64,000 bases of DNA from Eubacteriales bacterium (GTDB lineage: Bacteria > Bacillota > Clostridia > Oscillospirales > CAG-272), in the NCBI GenBank assembly GCA_045588145.1, contig JAZNDS010000056.1, forward strand, positions 27,448 through 91,447, given 5' to 3'. Shown here one piece after another: positions 46,258 to 57,645 of this stretch (position 1 is the first letter of the stretch; every line of letters starts with the position of its first letter). A program made the position numbers and the translations under genes. The notes beneath the pieces are model-generated. The model was not told where the DNA came from. It did not search any database and worked only from the letters and a program-made list of their open reading frames with translations.

Positions 46258-46853
46258 TGCTGAATATATTCCTCCACACTCGGCACGACGTATGCCGCTA
46301 TTTCTTCTTGTCTTGAAAGCCTTCCCCGAATGAATTCCGAGCTGACCTCCAGATGCGGGGATAAAAGCTTACAAAGCCTTGCCCCGAATTTTTCCCGATA
46401 CAGCTGCTCCTTTTCACGGATCCTTTCGGAAAGGACGGCATCCCCCTCCCTACGCATCAGGACGACTGTAGAAAGCGAAAAGATCGTTTGCGGACAGTGC
46501 CAGCTGTCAAGGGTCAGGAACATATCGGTCCCCATTAAAAGGAACAATTCGCTTTCGGGAGAGGAAAGGGTCATTAGGGTATCGGACGTATAGCTTTTTC
46601 CGCCCCGATCGATCTCAAGCGTCAGGATCTCGGTACGGGGGAGCTCCCCAAAGGTCAGGCGGCACATTTCCACCCGCTGAGCGGGGGTCGCGTCTCCCTT
46701 TAAGGTCTTATGCGGGGGGATCCCTGCGGGGATCACGTAAAGCGCGTCAAGCTCCGCCTCCTTCAAAAAGGCCCACGCCGCCGCAAGATGTCCACGGTGC
46801 GGGGGCGAAAAGCTTCCCCCAAAGATGCCGATTTTCTTTTTTTCGATGCTCAT
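46236..46853 (-). CDS. nadD: Nicotinate-nucleotide adenylyltransferase
   Basis: GIFGGSFSPPHRGHL (HxGH motif). Confidence 0.92.
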   Translation of the reverse strand: MSIEKKKIGIFGGSFSPPHRGHLAAAWAFLKEAELDALYVIPAGIPPHKTLKGDATPAQRVEMCRLTFGELPRTEILTLEIDRGGKSYTSDTLMTLSSPESELFLLMGTDMFLTLDSWHCPQTIFSLSTVVLMRREGDAVLSERIREKEQLYREKFGARLCKLLSPHLEVSSEFIRGRLSRQEEIAAYVVPSVEEYIQQWQLYRA

Positions 46854-47140
46854 GGCAAAACGATCTTCGGCTTTTCGTCGTCGGGTCGGTATAAAACGAC
46901 CTTCATCCCGATAACCGCTACGGCGTCACAGCAAAGCGCCTCGGTAAGGATATCCGCCACCTCACGGGGGGTGTACGGACAGCTCTCAAGAATATGGATC
47001 TTGATCAGCTCTCTGGCCGCAAGCGCGTTGCCGATCTGCAGGCAGCTTTCCTCGGATAAGCCCGCCTTGCCTACTTGGAAAATGGGAGTAAGCTTGTTGG
47101 CAAGCCCCCGTAGGTAAGCGCGCTGTTTACTGTTTATCAT
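46850..47140 (-). CDS. yhbY: Ribosome assembly RNA-binding protein YhbY (CRM domain)
   Basis: KQRAYLRGLANKLTPIFQVGKAGLSE. Confidence 0.88.
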   Translation of the reverse strand: MINSKQRAYLRGLANKLTPIFQVGKAGLSEESCLQIGNALAARELIKIHILESCPYTPREVADILTEALCCDAVAVIGMKVVLYRPDDEKPKIVLP

Positions 47141-47747
47141 TCGTTTCTCCTTTTACAAAGTCGGAAAACGCCTTTAAAAAGAGCGAAAGCGCTTCCCCAC
47201 GGTGACTGCAGGAATCCTTTTCGGTGGGGGTAGCCTCCGCAAAGGTCTTGCCGATCTTCGGCACGTAGAACAGCGGATCGTAGCCAAAGCCGCCGTTCCC
47301 CGACGAGCGTTCAAACAAAATTCTCCCCTCGCAGGTACCGCGTACCGTAAAGGAACGTCCGCTCGGTGAAACACAAGCGATCACCGAAACGTAATGTGCC
47401 GTGCGCGCCTCCTCGGGGACCAAAGCAAGCTCACGCAAAAGAAGCTCGTTGTTTTTTTCATCGTCACAGGGCTCCCCCGCGTAGCGGGCGGAATACACCC
47501 CGGGGCGACCGCCGAGGGCATCGACCTCAAGGCCCGAATCGTCGGCGATCGAATAATATTCGCTCGACGCCCCCGCTCTTGCCTTTTGCAGCGCGTTTTC
47601 CTCAAAGGTGGTGCCGGTCTCGGGGATCTCGTCAAAAAAACCGATATCGGTTAAGGAAAGGAGGGTAAGCTCCGGGAATTCGGCTGTGAGAATACGGCGC
47701 ATTTCCTCAATTTTTTTCTTATTGTGCGAGGCTAAAACCGCTTTCAT
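47127..47747 (-). CDS. rdgB: Non-canonical purine NTP pyrophosphatase (RdgB/HAM1)
   Basis: ASHNKKKIEE, PGVYSARY and GFGYDPLF motifs. Confidence 0.9.
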   Translation of the reverse strand: MKAVLASHNKKKIEEMRRILTAEFPELTLLSLTDIGFFDEIPETGTTFEENALQKARAGASSEYYSIADDSGLEVDALGGRPGVYSARYAGEPCDDEKNNELLLRELALVPEEARTAHYVSVIACVSPSGRSFTVRGTCEGRILFERSSGNGGFGYDPLFYVPKIGKTFAEATPTEKDSCSHRGEALSLFLKAFSDFVKGETNDKQ

Positions 47748-48658
47748 TCTTCCCCTCCGAAAAGTGCGTCGGTGAATTCCTTGCCCGAAAAGGGCTTCAT
47801 ATCGTCGATCTGCTCTCCAACCCCGATGAATTTCACGGGGATCCCAAGCTCACGGCGGATCGAAAAGACGATGCCGCCCTTGGCGGTTCCGTCAAGCTTG
47901 GTAAGGATCAGGCCGGTTATGGCCGCCGCTTCACGGAATTCCTTCGCTTGCGAGACCGCGTTCTGCCCGGTGGTGGAATCCAGCACCAAAAGCGTTTCAC
48001 GGTCAGCGTTCGGCAAAAGCTTATCGATCACACGGTTGATCTTGGAAAGCTCATCCATCAAATTTTTCTTGTTGTGAAGGCGCCCGGCGGTATCTACGAT
48101 CACAACGTCTGCCTTGCGGCTGATCGCCGCGCTTACGGCGTCGTAAACAACGGCCGCGGGGTCTGCCCCCGCCGCTTGGCGGATCATATCGACCCCCGCG
48201 CGGTCACACCATACCTTCAGCTGCTCGGCCGCGGCAGCACGGAAGGTATCGGCCGCCGCCACCAGGACCTTTTTGCCCTCTTCCTTTAAGGAATGGGCCA
48301 TTTTCCCGATCGAGGTGGTCTTGCCGACACCGTTTACCCCGATCACGAGAATCACCGAGGGGGTGGTTTCAAGGTGCAGCGTTTCATCTTCACCGATCAT
48401 ATCGGTAAGCAGGGCGTAAAGCTCACCTCTTACCTCCTTGGGGTCGGTGATCCGTTTTTCCTTCAAGGTATCGCGCAACGTATCCAGGATATATTCGGTG
48501 GTCGAAACTCCCACGTCCGCAAAGATCAGGGTCTCCTCCAGCTCCTCGAAGAAATCCTCGTCGATACGGACGAAGGCACGCAAAAGCGCGTCGATCCTTC
48601 CAAAGAGCGCATCCTTGGTGCGGCGCAGGCCGTTTTTCAGCTTCTCAAAGAACGCCAT
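47744..48658 (-). CDS. ftsY: Signal recognition particle receptor FtsY
   Basis: [29 protein letters not shown]. Confidence 0.95.
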   Translation of the reverse strand: MAFFEKLKNGLRRTKDALFGRIDALLRAFVRIDEDFFEELEETLIFADVGVSTTEYILDTLRDTLKEKRITDPKEVRGELYALLTDMIGEDETLHLETTPSVILVIGVNGVGKTTSIGKMAHSLKEEGKKVLVAAADTFRAAAAEQLKVWCDRAGVDMIRQAAGADPAAVVYDAVSAAISRKADVVIVDTAGRLHNKKNLMDELSKINRVIDKLLPNADRETLLVLDSTTGQNAVSQAKEFREAAAITGLILTKLDGTAKGGIVFSIRRELGIPVKFIGVGEQIDDMKPFSGKEFTDALFGGEE

Positions 48659-51600
48659 CTTTTTTCAAGGTCTCCTTCATCTGCTCCATCTGCTCGGGAT
48701 TCATGGGCAGCACGCGGGAAACGCCGCGCTCCTGCATCGTAACGCCGTAAAGGCGCTCCGCGATCTCCATCGTGCCCGGGCGGTGGGTAATCAAAATAAA
48801 CTGTGTCTCTTCCGACATTTTCTTAATGTACTCGCCGAAACGGAAGACGTTAACGGCATCCAGCGCCGCCTCGATCTCGTCAAAGATACAGAAGGGCGTC
48901 GGGTTCACCTTCAGGATCGCGAAGAACAAGGCGATCGCGACGAAGGCCTGCTCACCGCCCGAAAGCAGCGAGAGCGATTTGATGATCTTGCCGGGAGGGG
49001 CCGCCTTGATATCAATGCCGCAGTTAAGCACATCCTCGGGATCGGTCAGGACGAGCTCTGCCTGTCCGCCGCCGAAAAGATCGGCGAAAACGATACCGAA
49101 ATTGCGATTGATCTCATAGAAGGCCGCCGAGAATTGAGTCTTCATGTCCTCTTCCATCGAAAGGATGATCTCGGTCATCTTATCGTAGGATTCCTTCATA
49201 TCCTCGACCTGCACGGCCATCTCGTCGTAGCGGGCCTTGACCTCGGTGTATTCCTCGATCGCCCCAAGATTTACGGGGCCCAAGGCCTTCATGGTGTTAC
49301 GGCAGCTCGCTTGGACCGAAGCGACCTCTGAACGGTTTTCGGGCGTTACGGGGGGATAATTCAACGCGATGGCATCCTCGTAGGAAAGCTCGTATTCCTC
49401 CCAGATACGCAGGCCCAGCCGTTCCTGGTCATCCTCCAGGCGGTGCAGGCGGTTTTCGGCGTGAAAATGGTTATTCGCGCACTTATCCTTCTGCTCCTGC
49501 TTTTGGCGAAGCTGCTCGCGGATCTCCCCAAGGCGAGCGTTATAAGCCGAGATATTTCCCTCGGCCTCCTGTCTTTTTTCGGAAAGCTCGGTAAGATCCT
49601 TTTCGATCGTGCAGATCTCTTCCTTGCTTGCCTTTTTCTTTTCCTCGGCAGCGGCAATAGCCGTTTTATATTCCTTTACCAGCGCCCGCTGGCCGTCCTT
49701 CTCGCTATGCAGCTCAAAAAGACGCTCGGAAAGGCTTTCCTTCATTTTTTCCGCTATCTCGATCTCTTTATTCAGCTCGAAGATGCGGTTGGACATCCCG
49801 GCGGCTTCCTTCTGGGCACTCTCGTTCTCGTCAAGAAGCTGATTGCGCTCGATATCCCTGGCATTTCTTTCCTCACGCAGGGCGGCGATATCGGCGTTCT
49901 TTTTGCCAAGCTGGCGCTTCAGACGCTCGATCTCCTCCTCGATCTCCCGATCCTTGCCCGCGACCGTCGAAAATTCCTCACGCAGCTTTTCCAGCTGCTC
50001 CTGTCCCGCCGAAAGGCGGGCCTTGGCGTTATCAAGGGCGCTTAACTGCGCTCTCGCCATGGTGCGCAAAAGCTCTGTCTGCTGGATGGCATCCTTTTTG
50101 GCGATCTCCAGCTCGTGGATCTCGTTTTCCTTTTCGGAGGCCTCGCTGTTCAGCGCCACGATCCTCTTGGTAAGCGCCTCGGCCGCGTCCATCTTGGCCT
50201 CGATATCGGCCCCGCGGGAAAGCATACCGCTTCCCTTTCCGCTGCGCAGAGAGCCACCGGTCAAAGAGCCGCCGGGGTTGATCAGCTGTCCGTCAAGCGT
50301 GACGAGCTTCACGCGATAGCGTACGCGCTTGGCCGCCGCTACGGCGTTATCGAGGGTATCGAAAACGACCGTACGGGAAAGAAGCCATACAACGATATCG
50401 TCAAATTTCTCCTCACACGCGACCAGACGGTCGGCACGGTCAACATAACCGCGGCAGGAGGCAAGCTGTCTTACCTCCTCGGTCTCGTTTCCGGGGCGAA
50501 TGGTGGTAAGCGGATAAAAGGTGGTACGGCCCGATTTGGTCTCCTTCAGGTAACGGATAGCGGCCTTGGCGGTCTCCTCGTCCTCCACCACGATGTTTTG
50601 CAGATCGGCGCCCATCGTTGATTCGATGGCCAGAAGATGCTCCGGCCGCACCGAGATCAACTGAGAGAGCGGGCCGTATACGGTAGAGGCCCCCGAAAGG
50701 CGATTGCCCTCATAAGCCTCCATAACCGCTTTTACGGCATGGCTGTATCCCTCAAAATGCTCTTCAAGCTTGCGAAGCGCCTCGGCGGCCTCCTCAAGGG
50801 CGGCACGCTCGGCCCGCAGGGCGGCGGCCTCCTCCCCGATCTTTTCCTTCTCAAGACGGCATTTTTCGGCCATTTCATCGCAGGCGGCGGCCGAAGCCTC
50901 CAGCTCGGCAATGCGGCCGGTAAAGCCCGATGCGTTTTTCTCGCAGCGGCTGACCTCCTCGGTCAGCTCCCTCTCCTGCGCCTCCCCGTCACGGATCGCC
51001 TTTTCGATGCTCTCGCCTCTTGTGCTGTCCTGCTCGCGGGAGCGGGTCAGAACGTCGATATTTACCTTCAGATCGGTCGCGTCGTTCTGTAAGCGGTTAA
51101 GACGCTCCAAGGAATCCTCAAGGTCCTTTGAAAGCTTGGAGGCCGCCAAAGCGACCTTCTGGGCATCGGCCAGAACACCGAGCCGCTCCTCCATAAGCGA
51201 GTCACGCTCGGCCGTGATCTTCTTCAGGTCAGCATCATACGTGCCGTCCTCTCCCGAAAGCTTTTTGGCCGCCTGCTCAATTTCCGCGATGCGTTTTTCC
51301 GCGGCCCCGATCAGCTCGTTCTTATGCTGAATATCGGTATCCAGGCGCGAAAGCTCGGTCTCAAAGGCGTGCATTTTTTCACGGCACTCGTTCATGCGGG
51401 TGAGAAATTGCTCGGAAGCAAGGCGCCCGCCGTCCACCGCCTCAAAAAGACGTTGATCCTGGGCCTGCAGGGATCCGATCGATTCCTCCAGCGTTTCCAG
51501 CTCCTTGCGGCTTAATTCAAATACGTCGCGGGCCTTTTGCAGGTCGGCGCGGTTCTTTGCCGTGTCGTACAGCCAAAGCGAAACGTCGGCCTCCTTTTTC

Positions 51601-52268
51601 TTTTCAAGAAGGTCGCGGTATTTTTTGGCCTTTTCGGCATCCTTTGTCAGCGGCCCGAGGCGGGCGGCAAGCTCGTCGTAGATATCGATAATACGCTCCA
51701 TATTATCGTGGGTCTGGGCGCGTTTGCGTTCGGTTTCCTCCTTGCGGTGGCGGAATTTCGCGATCCCCGCCGCTTCCTCGAATACATTACGGCGATCCTC
51801 GCTTTTTCTCGACAAAAGCTCGGCAACGCGGCCCTGCCCAACGATCGAATAGCCCTCACGCCCGATACCCGTGTTCATAAAGAGATCGGTGATATCGCGC
51901 AAGCGCTTTTTCTGACCGTTGATTAGGTATTCGCTGTCCCCGCTTCGGTAATACCGACGGGTGACCTTGATCTCGTCGTAAGGAGAATCGATGCGGTGGC
52001 TTTTATCGGTGTTATCAAAGGTGACCGATACCTCGGCAAAGCCCATCGGATTGCGCTGATCGGTTCCGCCGAAGATAACGTCCTCCATCTTCGTACCGCG
52101 GATATTACGGCTGGAAAGCTCCCCGAGGACCCAACGCATAGCGTCCGAAATATTCGATTTTCCGCTTCCGTTCGGACCGACGATGACGGTAGAACCGCGC
52201 TCAAAGGTGAGAAGAGTCCGATTCGGAAAGGACTTAAAGCCATGCAATTCAAGTGATTTTAAGTACAT
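48645..52268 (-). CDS. smc: Chromosome segregation protein SMC
   Basis: 1207 aa. GPNGSGKSNISDA Walker A, long coiled coils, a hinge, LSGGE signature and FCIFDEIEAALD Walker B. Confidence 0.97.
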   Translation of the reverse strand: MYLKSLELHGFKSFPNRTLLTFERGSTVIVGPNGSGKSNISDAMRWVLGELSSRNIRGTKMEDVIFGGTDQRNPMGFAEVSVTFDNTDKSHRIDSPYDEIKVTRRYYRSGDSEYLINGQKKRLRDITDLFMNTGIGREGYSIVGQGRVAELLSRKSEDRRNVFEEAAGIAKFRHRKEETERKRAQTHDNMERIIDIYDELAARLGPLTKDAEKAKKYRDLLEKKKEADVSLWLYDTAKNRADLQKARDVFELSRKELETLEESIGSLQAQDQRLFEAVDGGRLASEQFLTRMNECREKMHAFETELSRLDTDIQHKNELIGAAEKRIAEIEQAAKKLSGEDGTYDADLKKITAERDSLMEERLGVLADAQKVALAASKLSKDLEDSLERLNRLQNDATDLKVNIDVLTRSREQDSTRGESIEKAIRDGEAQERELTEEVSRCEKNASGFTGRIAELEASAAACDEMAEKCRLEKEKIGEEAAALRAERAALEEAAEALRKLEEHFEGYSHAVKAVMEAYEGNRLSGASTVYGPLSQLISVRPEHLLAIESTMGADLQNIVVEDEETAKAAIRYLKETKSGRTTFYPLTTIRPGNETEEVRQLASCRGYVDRADRLVACEEKFDDIVVWLLSRTVVFDTLDNAVAAAKRVRYRVKLVTLDGQLINPGGSLTGGSLRSGKGSGMLSRGADIEAKMDAAEALTKRIVALNSEASEKENEIHELEIAKKDAIQQTELLRTMARAQLSALDNAKARLSAGQEQLEKLREEFSTVAGKDREIEEEIERLKRQLGKKNADIAALREERNARDIERNQLLDENESAQKEAAGMSNRIFELNKEIEIAEKMKESLSERLFELHSEKDGQRALVKEYKTAIAAAEEKKKASKEEICTIEKDLTELSEKRQEAEGNISAYNARLGEIREQLRQKQEQKDKCANNHFHAENRLHRLEDDQERLGLRIWEEYELSYEDAIALNYPPVTPENRSEVASVQASCRNTMKALGPVNLGAIEEYTEVKARYDEMAVQVEDMKESYDKMTEIILSMEEDMKTQFSAAFYEINRNFGIVFADLFGGGQAELVLTDPEDVLNCGIDIKAAPPGKIIKSLSLLSGGEQAFVAIALFFAILKVNPTPFCIFDEIEAALDAVNVFRFGEYIKKMSEETQFILITHRPGTMEIAERLYGVTMQERGVSRVLPMNPEQMEQMKETLKKDGVL

Positions 52269-52289
52269 AAACGGTTCCTTTCAAAGTGT

Positions 52290-52976
52290 TTAGGGGTGAA
52301 ACCAGCGAAGAGCTTCCTTGGCGGCCATCTGCTCGGCCTCGTGCTTGGAGCCGCCCCTTCCGCTTCCAACGATATTTCCGCTGATAACGGCGTTAATGAC
52401 GTAAAGCGGCTTATGCTCGGGGCCTTCCTTCTTGGCGACCACGTATTCAAGCGTTTCCTTGCCGTCCTGCTCGATCAGCTGCTGCAGGCGGGTCTTATAA
52501 TCGGCCCCCTTGTTTTCGGCACTTTGCAAAAGCTCGTCCCTCATAAGACGAAGAAGAACGGCCTTCACCCTTTCGATGCCGCCGTCCAGGTAAATGGCTG
52601 CCATAAGCGATTCAAAAACGTCGGCAAGGATGGTGGCGTTATGGCGCCCGCCTGCCGCATCCTCCCCTTTTCCGAGCGAAAGATATTCGCCAAGCGAAAT
52701 TTCCTCGGCAATACGGGCAAGAGGGGGCTTGCTGACGAGGTTCTTACGCATGGTGGTAAGCGTCCCCTCGGCCTCCGCCTCGAATTGATGGTAAAGATGA
52801 TCGGTGATGATGATCTGAAGCACAGCGTCCCCGAGAAACTCCAATCGCTCGTATGAGGGAACGGCATGCTCGTTGGAATAAGAGGTATGCGTCAAGGCCC
52901 GCTCTAACAGTTGGCGGTTGGAAAAGCGGTACCCGATCGCCTCTTCAAGGCAGGAAAGATCTTTACTGTTCTTCAT
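52290..52976 (-). CDS. rnc: Ribonuclease III
   Basis: ERLEFLGDAVL signature and a C-terminal dsRBD. Confidence 0.95.
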   Translation of the reverse strand: MKNSKDLSCLEEAIGYRFSNRQLLERALTHTSYSNEHAVPSYERLEFLGDAVLQIIITDHLYHQFEAEAEGTLTTMRKNLVSKPPLARIAEEISLGEYLSLGKGEDAAGGRHNATILADVFESLMAAIYLDGGIERVKAVLLRLMRDELLQSAENKGADYKTRLQQLIEQDGKETLEYVVAKKEGPEHKPLYVINAVISGNIVGSGRGGSKHEAEQMAAKEALRWFHP

Positions 52977-54028
52977 TCACCCTCGCCCTTCCCCTCTGCC
53001 GCTTGCTTGGCGGCCTCTTTTTCGGCCTTGGCCTTTTCTTCGCAGGCGGCGGCCCAGGCGGCGATGTCGTAATTGATACCCGTGTTAACAAAGTTCATGG
53101 CCTGATGCACCGCGTTTTTGATGGCGTTGGCATCCGAGGAGCCATGGGCCTTGATGACCGGCTTTGAAATACCGAGAAGCGGGGCCCCGCCATGCTCGGA
53201 GGCGTCGAATTTCTTTTTGAATTCCTTCAGCTTTCCGCGAAGCATCATCGCCGAAAGCTTGGTAGCGGTGTTGGAATAAAACAGCTCCTTCATCGCGCCC
53301 AGGAAGAATTTTCCCATTCCCTCCAGAAATTTCAGAACGATATTTCCCGTAAAGCCATCGGTCACGACCAGATCGCATACGTCGAAGGGAAGCATTTTTG
53401 CTTCGATATTGCCAACGAAATTCAGGTCGGCGTTCGAAAGGCGAGCGTAGGTCTCAACCTGAAGCTCGTGCCCTTTATTGTATTCGGTACCGTTATTGAT
53501 CTGCCCGACGCGGGGCGATTGGATACCGTAAATTTTTTCCATATAAAGCGAGCCCATCAGGGCAAACTGCTCCAAATTTTCGGGGGTCACGTCAAGATTG
53601 GCGCCCGAATCGATCAGAAGAACAGGCGAAGGGAACGGAAGAACGGTGGCGATCGCCGCGCGGGAGATCCCGCGGATACGGCGCACAAGCAGCGTGGCGC
53701 CCGCCAGAAGGGCCCCCGTGTTGCCCGCGCTGACAAAGGCGTCTCCATGTCCTTCGGCAAGCTCGCGAAGGCCAACGCTCATCGAGGAATCCTTTTTATC
53801 ACGCACGACAGAAAGGGCCTTATCCTCCATTTCGATCACGCTGACAGACGGAATGACGGTTATATTATCAAGCGAAAGGCCGTTATCCTCGGCCGTCTCC
53901 CGAATAACGTCCTCGTTCCCGACGACCGCTATCTCAAGAGAGGGGTATTCCTCGGCCGCAAGCACCGCCCCGCGAATCAGCTCGCCGGGGGCGTTATCTC
54001 CGCTCATGACATCAATTAAAATACGCAC
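52973..54028 (-). CDS. plsX: Phosphate acyltransferase PlsX
   Basis: DVMSGDNAP, AGNTGA and KAHGSS motifs. It has a short K/E/A-rich C-terminal tail. Confidence 0.93.
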   Translation of the reverse strand: MRILIDVMSGDNAPGELIRGAVLAAEEYPSLEIAVVGNEDVIRETAEDNGLSLDNITVIPSVSVIEMEDKALSVVRDKKDSSMSVGLRELAEGHGDAFVSAGNTGALLAGATLLVRRIRGISRAAIATVLPFPSPVLLIDSGANLDVTPENLEQFALMGSLYMEKIYGIQSPRVGQINNGTEYNKGHELQVETYARLSNADLNFVGNIEAKMLPFDVCDLVVTDGFTGNIVLKFLEGMGKFFLGAMKELFYSNTATKLSAMMLRGKLKEFKKKFDASEHGGAPLLGISKPVIKAHGSSDANAIKNAVHQAMNFVNTGINYDIAAWAAACEEKAKAEKEAAKQAAEGKGEGE

Positions 54029-54043
54029 GGAAAGTCTCCTTTT

Positions 54044-55378
54044 TTATGTTCCTTCGGCAATATAAGCGTCCATGAAAGCAAGCGAACGGGCGGCATACGC
54101 CTCCGCTCTTGCCCGTTTACCGCCGCGTACACGCTCGGTAAGCGGCGCTATGATGCCGAAATTGGCGTTCATCGGCTGGAAATCCACGACTCCCTCATCC
54201 GAAATATACGCCGCCATGGCGCCCAGCATCGTAATGGGGGGAAATACGGGCGTCTCCTTGCCAAGGGCAAGGGCGGCGGCCGAAAGGCCCGCCACAAGGC
54301 CGGAGCCGGTGGATTCGATATATCCCTCCACCCCTGTCATTTGCCCCGCGAAAAAGAGGCGGGGGGCAGAGCGAAGCGAATAATCGGCCCCCAACAGCTT
54401 GGGGGAATTCAGATAGGTATTGCGATGCATCACGCCGTAACGGTAAAATTCGGCGTTTTCAAGCCCGGGGATCAGGCCGAACACCCGCCTTTGCTCGGGA
54501 AAGGTAAGGTGAGTCTGGAAGCCGACGAGATTATACATATCCCCGTTTTTGTTCTCGCGGCGAAGCTGGACGGTAGCATAAGCGTCCCTTCCTGTCGCGG
54601 GGACGGGGAGCCCGACGGGCTTCATCGGCCCGAAGCGCAGGGTATCGACCCCACGGGAGGCCATGACCTCCACCGGCATACACCCCTCAAAGACCGTGAT
54701 CGCCTCATCGCTCTCAAAATCGTGAAGCTTGGCGACCTCGGCCCCGATCAGGGCCTCGTAAAAGCGGCGGTATTCCTCCTCGTTCAAGGGGCAATTCAGA
54801 TAATCCTCGGGATTTCCCTTTCCGTAACGGGAGGCAAAAAACGCCTTTTCGAAATTTATGCTCTCCTTGGAAACGATGGGGGCGGCGGCATCAAAAAAGT
54901 GAAGCGCGCCCTCCCCTGTCAGCCTTCCGATGGCGTCTGCCAAGGAATCTGAGGTAAGCGGGCCTGTCGCAATGACCGTGATCCCCTCGGCAGGGATTTC
55001 GGTCACCTCCTCGTTCACCACCTCGATCAAGGGGTTTTCGGCAATTTTTTCGGTGATATACCTTGAAAAAAGCACACGGTCGACCGCCAGGGCGCTCCCC
55101 GCGGGAACGGCTGTAAGATCGGCCGCCTCCATGATAAGGGAGCCAAGGCGCCGCAGCTCCTCCTTCAGGAGCCCTACGGCGTTGGAGGTCGCGTTCGAGC
55201 GAAGCGAATTGGAGCAAACGAGCTCCGCCAATCCGTCGGTATGATGCGCGGGAGTGGTTTTCTTGGGGCGCATTTCAAAGAGACGGACCCTTACCCCCCG
55301 CTTTGCGATCTGCCACGCCGCCTCGGAGCCGGCAAGACCGCCTCCGATAACGGTTACCAAAGGCAGATTTTCATTCAT
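54044..55378 (-). CDS. trmFO: Methylenetetrahydrofolate--tRNA-(uracil54-C5)-methyltransferase TrmFO
   Basis: [17 protein letters not shown] motif and [14 protein letters not shown]. Confidence 0.93.
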   Translation of the reverse strand: MNENLPLVTVIGGGLAGSEAAWQIAKRGVRVRLFEMRPKKTTPAHHTDGLAELVCSNSLRSNATSNAVGLLKEELRRLGSLIMEAADLTAVPAGSALAVDRVLFSRYITEKIAENPLIEVVNEEVTEIPAEGITVIATGPLTSDSLADAIGRLTGEGALHFFDAAAPIVSKESINFEKAFFASRYGKGNPEDYLNCPLNEEEYRRFYEALIGAEVAKLHDFESDEAITVFEGCMPVEVMASRGVDTLRFGPMKPVGLPVPATGRDAYATVQLRRENKNGDMYNLVGFQTHLTFPEQRRVFGLIPGLENAEFYRYGVMHRNTYLNSPKLLGADYSLRSAPRLFFAGQMTGVEGYIESTGSGLVAGLSAAALALGKETPVFPPITMLGAMAAYISDEGVVDFQPMNANFGIIAPLTERVRGGKRARAEAYAARSLAFMDAYIAEGT

Positions 55379-57624
55379 TTTTCAACGTCTTCCTTCTTAT
55401 AGGTGCATTTACGGTTGCGGCAGAATACGGTCTTTTTGCTCTTGCGGTAAAGCAGGAGATCGCCGCAATCGGGGCATTTTTCGGGAAGGGGCAGGTCCCA
55501 GGTGGAGAAATCGCACTCGGGATACTTTTCACAGCTGTAAAAGACCTTCCCTTTTCCGTTTTTTGTGATGATCTTGGCGCCGCACTTCGGGCAATCCACC
55601 CCGATATCACGGGGCTTTGTAAAGCGACACTTGGGATAATTGCGGCAAGCGTAGAAGCTGCCGAAGCGACCGCTGCGAAGCACCATATCGCCTCCGCAAA
55701 GCTCGCATTTGACGTCGGCGACCTCCTCGGTCTCCTGCTTCTTTTCGATCGGACGTCCGTCCTTACCGATCGCCTTGGTGTTACGGCAGGTAGGATAATT
55801 CGGACAAGCGAGGAAGCGGCCGAAGCGGCCCGATTTATACACCATCAGGCTTCCGCACTTTTCGCAGGGGATATCCGATTCCTCGGGCGGGACCTCGACC
55901 GCCTTTTCGCTGATGCTGTCGGTCGCCGTCGAAAGGGCCTCCGAAAAGCCGGTATAAAAATCGGAAAGAACCGAGATAAGCGTGCTTTCGCCCCGCGCGA
56001 TGCTATCGAACTTATCCTCCATATCGGCGGTAAACTGATAGTCGACAATATCGGGGAAATTTTCCTTCATCAGCTTGGTGGTCACCTCGCCAAGCGGGGT
56101 GGGGATCAGCGACTTTCCTTCACGGCGGACGTAATTACGCTCGATGATCGTGGTGATGATCGCCGTATAGGTGCTGGGGCGCCCGATCCCGTTTTCTTCC
56201 AGGAATTTGATCAGAGAGGCCTCGGTATAGCGCTGAGGCGGCTCGGTAAAGTGCTGGGTAGCGCCCGAGCTCGTAAGCGGCATGCTCTCGCCCTCGTGAA
56301 GCGCGGTAAGCGGCAAGGCGGAGCCTTCTCCCGACTCTCCCTCCTCCATGTCGGCGCTGTTATCGTATACGGCAAGATATCCCTTGAATTTCGGGGTGCT
56401 TCCGGTCGCGCGGAACTGATACTCGCCCGAGGAAAACTCAAGCGTTACCTGCGTAAAGACCGCCGAGCTCATCTGGCTGGCGACAAAGCGCTCCCAGATC
56501 AGCTTATAAAGGCGGTACTGGTCGACCGTCAGGGCACGGCGGATCTTATCGGGGGTCAAGCTGATATCCGAGGGACGAATAGCCTCGTGCGCGTCCTGCG
56601 CGCCGGGCTTCATCTTGAATTGACGGGGCTTAGAGGGGCGATATTCCTTTCCGAATCTTTCGTCGATCAGCTGGGCCGCTGCCTCCTGCGCGGTAGACGA
56701 AACGCGAAGCGAGTCGGTACGCATATAGGTGATAAGACCCGAGAAGCCGCCCAGCTCGCTGCCGAGGTTGATACCCTCGTAAAGCTCCTGCGCCGTTTTC
56801 ATAATGCGCTGGGACTGGAATCCAAGCTTCTTGGAGGCCTCCTGCTGCAGGGTGGAGGTGGTAAAGGGCGGGGCGGGCATACGGCTCTTTTGCGATTTCT
56901 TAACAGCGTTCAGAACGAAGGGATATTTTGAAAGCGCCTCGGTCACCTTTTTGGCCTCGGCCTCGGTAGAAAGGCGGTCTTCATTCCCCCCTTTGCCAAA
57001 ATAACGGGTGTGGATCACCTCTCCGTCCTTCGTCTGAGCATCGGCCTCGACCGTCCAGTATTCACGGGGAACGAAGCTTCGGATCTCCTCTTCTCTTTCC
57101 GAGATGATGCGGGCGGCAACACTTTGCACACGCCCCGCGGAAAGGCCGCTGTGGATCGATTTCCAAAGGAAGGGACTGAGCTTGTATCCCACGATACGGT
57201 CGAGGATCCGCCTCGTCTGCTGCGAATTAACAAGATCCTGGTTGATGGTCTCGGGATGCTTGATCGCATCCTTGACCGCCCCCTTCGTGATCTCGTTAAA
57301 GGTCACGCGGCAGGCTTTATCGAGCGGAATGCCGAGCGCCGCGGCCAGGTGCCAGGAGATCGCCTCGCCCTCACGGTCAGGGTCGGTCGCGAGGAAGATC
57401 TTGTTGGCGCTCTTCGCCTCCTGCTTCAGCTGGGAAATAACATCCCCCTTCCCGCGGATGTTGATATAGTGCGGGGTAAAGTTGTTTTCAATATCCACGC
57501 CGAGTCCGCTTTTGGGCAGATCGCGGATATGCCCCTTAGAAGCGATAACCTTATAATTCGAGCCAAGGTACCCCTTGATGGTACTTGCCTTGGCAGGTGA
57601 CTCAACGATTACTAAATTTGCCAT
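55375..57624 (-). CDS. topA: DNA topoisomerase I
   Basis: The [17 protein letters not shown]-terminus, an active-site Tyr region and four C-terminal CxxC...CxxC zinc ribbons. Confidence 0.96.
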   Translation of the reverse strand: MANLVIVESPAKASTIKGYLGSNYKVIASKGHIRDLPKSGLGVDIENNFTPHYINIRGKGDVISQLKQEAKSANKIFLATDPDREGEAISWHLAAALGIPLDKACRVTFNEITKGAVKDAIKHPETINQDLVNSQQTRRILDRIVGYKLSPFLWKSIHSGLSAGRVQSVAARIISEREEEIRSFVPREYWTVEADAQTKDGEVIHTRYFGKGGNEDRLSTEAEAKKVTEALSKYPFVLNAVKKSQKSRMPAPPFTTSTLQQEASKKLGFQSQRIMKTAQELYEGINLGSELGGFSGLITYMRTDSLRVSSTAQEAAAQLIDERFGKEYRPSKPRQFKMKPGAQDAHEAIRPSDISLTPDKIRRALTVDQYRLYKLIWERFVASQMSSAVFTQVTLEFSSGEYQFRATGSTPKFKGYLAVYDNSADMEEGESGEGSALPLTALHEGESMPLTSSGATQHFTEPPQRYTEASLIKFLEENGIGRPSTYTAIITTIIERNYVRREGKSLIPTPLGEVTTKLMKENFPDIVDYQFTADMEDKFDSIARGESTLISVLSDFYTGFSEALSTATDSISEKAVEVPPEESDIPCEKCGSLMVYKSGRFGRFLACPNYPTCRNTKAIGKDGRPIEKKQETEEVADVKCELCGGDMVLRSGRFGSFYACRNYPKCRFTKPRDIGVDCPKCGAKIITKNGKGKVFYSCEKYPECDFSTWDLPLPEKCPDCGDLLLYRKSKKTVFCRNRKCTYKKEDVEK

Positions 57625-57645
57625 AATGTGAACCTTTCTTTATTC